DNA of 64,000 bases from an uncultured delta proteobacterium (lineage in GTDB: Bacteria > Myxococcota_A > Polyangia > Fen-1088). The DNA is taken from contig CAWCMR010000025.1 of assembly GCA_963796685.1 (NCBI GenBank), positions 608,001 to 672,000 on the forward strand, in the 5' to 3' direction. The notes under the pieces are model-generated. The model did not search any database. It saw only the letters and a program-made list of their open reading frames with translations, and was not told the origin of the DNA. Position 1 is the first letter of the stretch. Each line of letters begins with the position of its first letter. This document shows positions 63,480 through 64,000 of the stretch, piece after piece. The position numbers and the translations under genes are program-made.

Positions 63480-64000
63480 ATGGCTGACTTGAAGACGACG
63501 TATATGGGAATTCCGCTCGCCAATCCCCTGGTGGTCGGCGCGTGCTCGCTGTCGAAGACTGTCGACAGCATCAAGGCGCTCGAGGCCGCCGGGGCCGGAG
63601 GGCTGGTCATCAAGTCCCTGTTCGAGGAGCAGGTCCAGATCGAAGAAGAGGACTTCGAGCGCAAGCTCGCCGCGCACGACAACACCGACTCGGAGGCGCA
63701 GTCGTTCTTCCCCCAGCTCCGCCATGGCGGTCCCAAGGAGCACGTCTTCTGGGTGAAGGAAGCGCGCAAGGCGGTCAAGTTCCCGCTCTTCGCCAGCCTG
63801 AACTGCATCAACGGCGGCTCGTGGATCGAGTACGCCAAGCAGCTCGCCGACACCGGTGTCAACGGGCTCGAGCTGAACTTCTACTCGCCGGCCCTGAGCC
63901 CCGAGGTACTGTCGAGCGACATCGAGAAGGCGGAGGCGGACGTGGTCGCGCAGGTGCGGGCCGCGGTCAAGCTGCCCATCGCGGTCAAGCTGCATCCCTA
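63480..64000 (+). CDS. Dihydroorotate dehydrogenase-like protein (partial, runs off the window)
   Basis: Hand translation gives MADLKTTYMGIPLANPLVVGACSL...GAGGLVIKSLFEEQ...ASLN...LELN...PIAVKL. Confidence 0.88.
   Translation, partial: MADLKTTYMGIPLANPLVVGACSLSKTVDSIKALEAAGAGGLVIKSLFEEQVQIEEEDFERKLAAHDNTDSEAQSFFPQLRHGGPKEHVFWVKEARKAVKFPLFASLNCINGGSWIEYAKQLADTGVNGLELNFYSPALSPEVLSSDIEKAEADVVAQVRAAVKLPIAVKLHP

Overview
This is a GC-rich window, very likely from a Myxococcota (Polyangia-like) genome. The signs are a MYXO-CTERM protein, six Hanks-type Ser/Thr kinase genes and many Gly-linker lipoproteins. Housekeeping genes include lhr (partial), mutY, a RluA-family synthase, hflX, rnr, tatA, trpBA, kup, a UbiD-family decarboxylase and a DHOD-like gene (partial). 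The main highlight is a minus-strand locus at ~5.9-16.2 kb that looks like a self-contained thioamidation system with its own signalling circuit. It encodes a JAB protease, a ThiS/MoaD carrier with a masked C-terminal GG and a kinase-STAND-TPR protein, followed by a sigma54-type promoter upstream of a tandem NIPSNAP-like protein, an uncharacterised two-module 200-aa protein (candidate substrate), YcaO, TfuA and an FHA-domain sigma54 activator. A 20-bp palindrome (19/20 identical) lies upstream of a sigma54-like promoter both for this operon and for a nearby kinase gene, which suggests a small regulon. The second highlight is a IIC-like group II intron (18445-20519) inserted in a palindromic intergenic repeat whose intact, empty copy is at 11777-11852. 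The window also has a kinase-less paralog of a membrane kinase, xylan-active lipoproteins (CE15, GH11) and several single-base frameshifts that are probably sequencing errors. All calls come from motif reading by eye; no searches were run.
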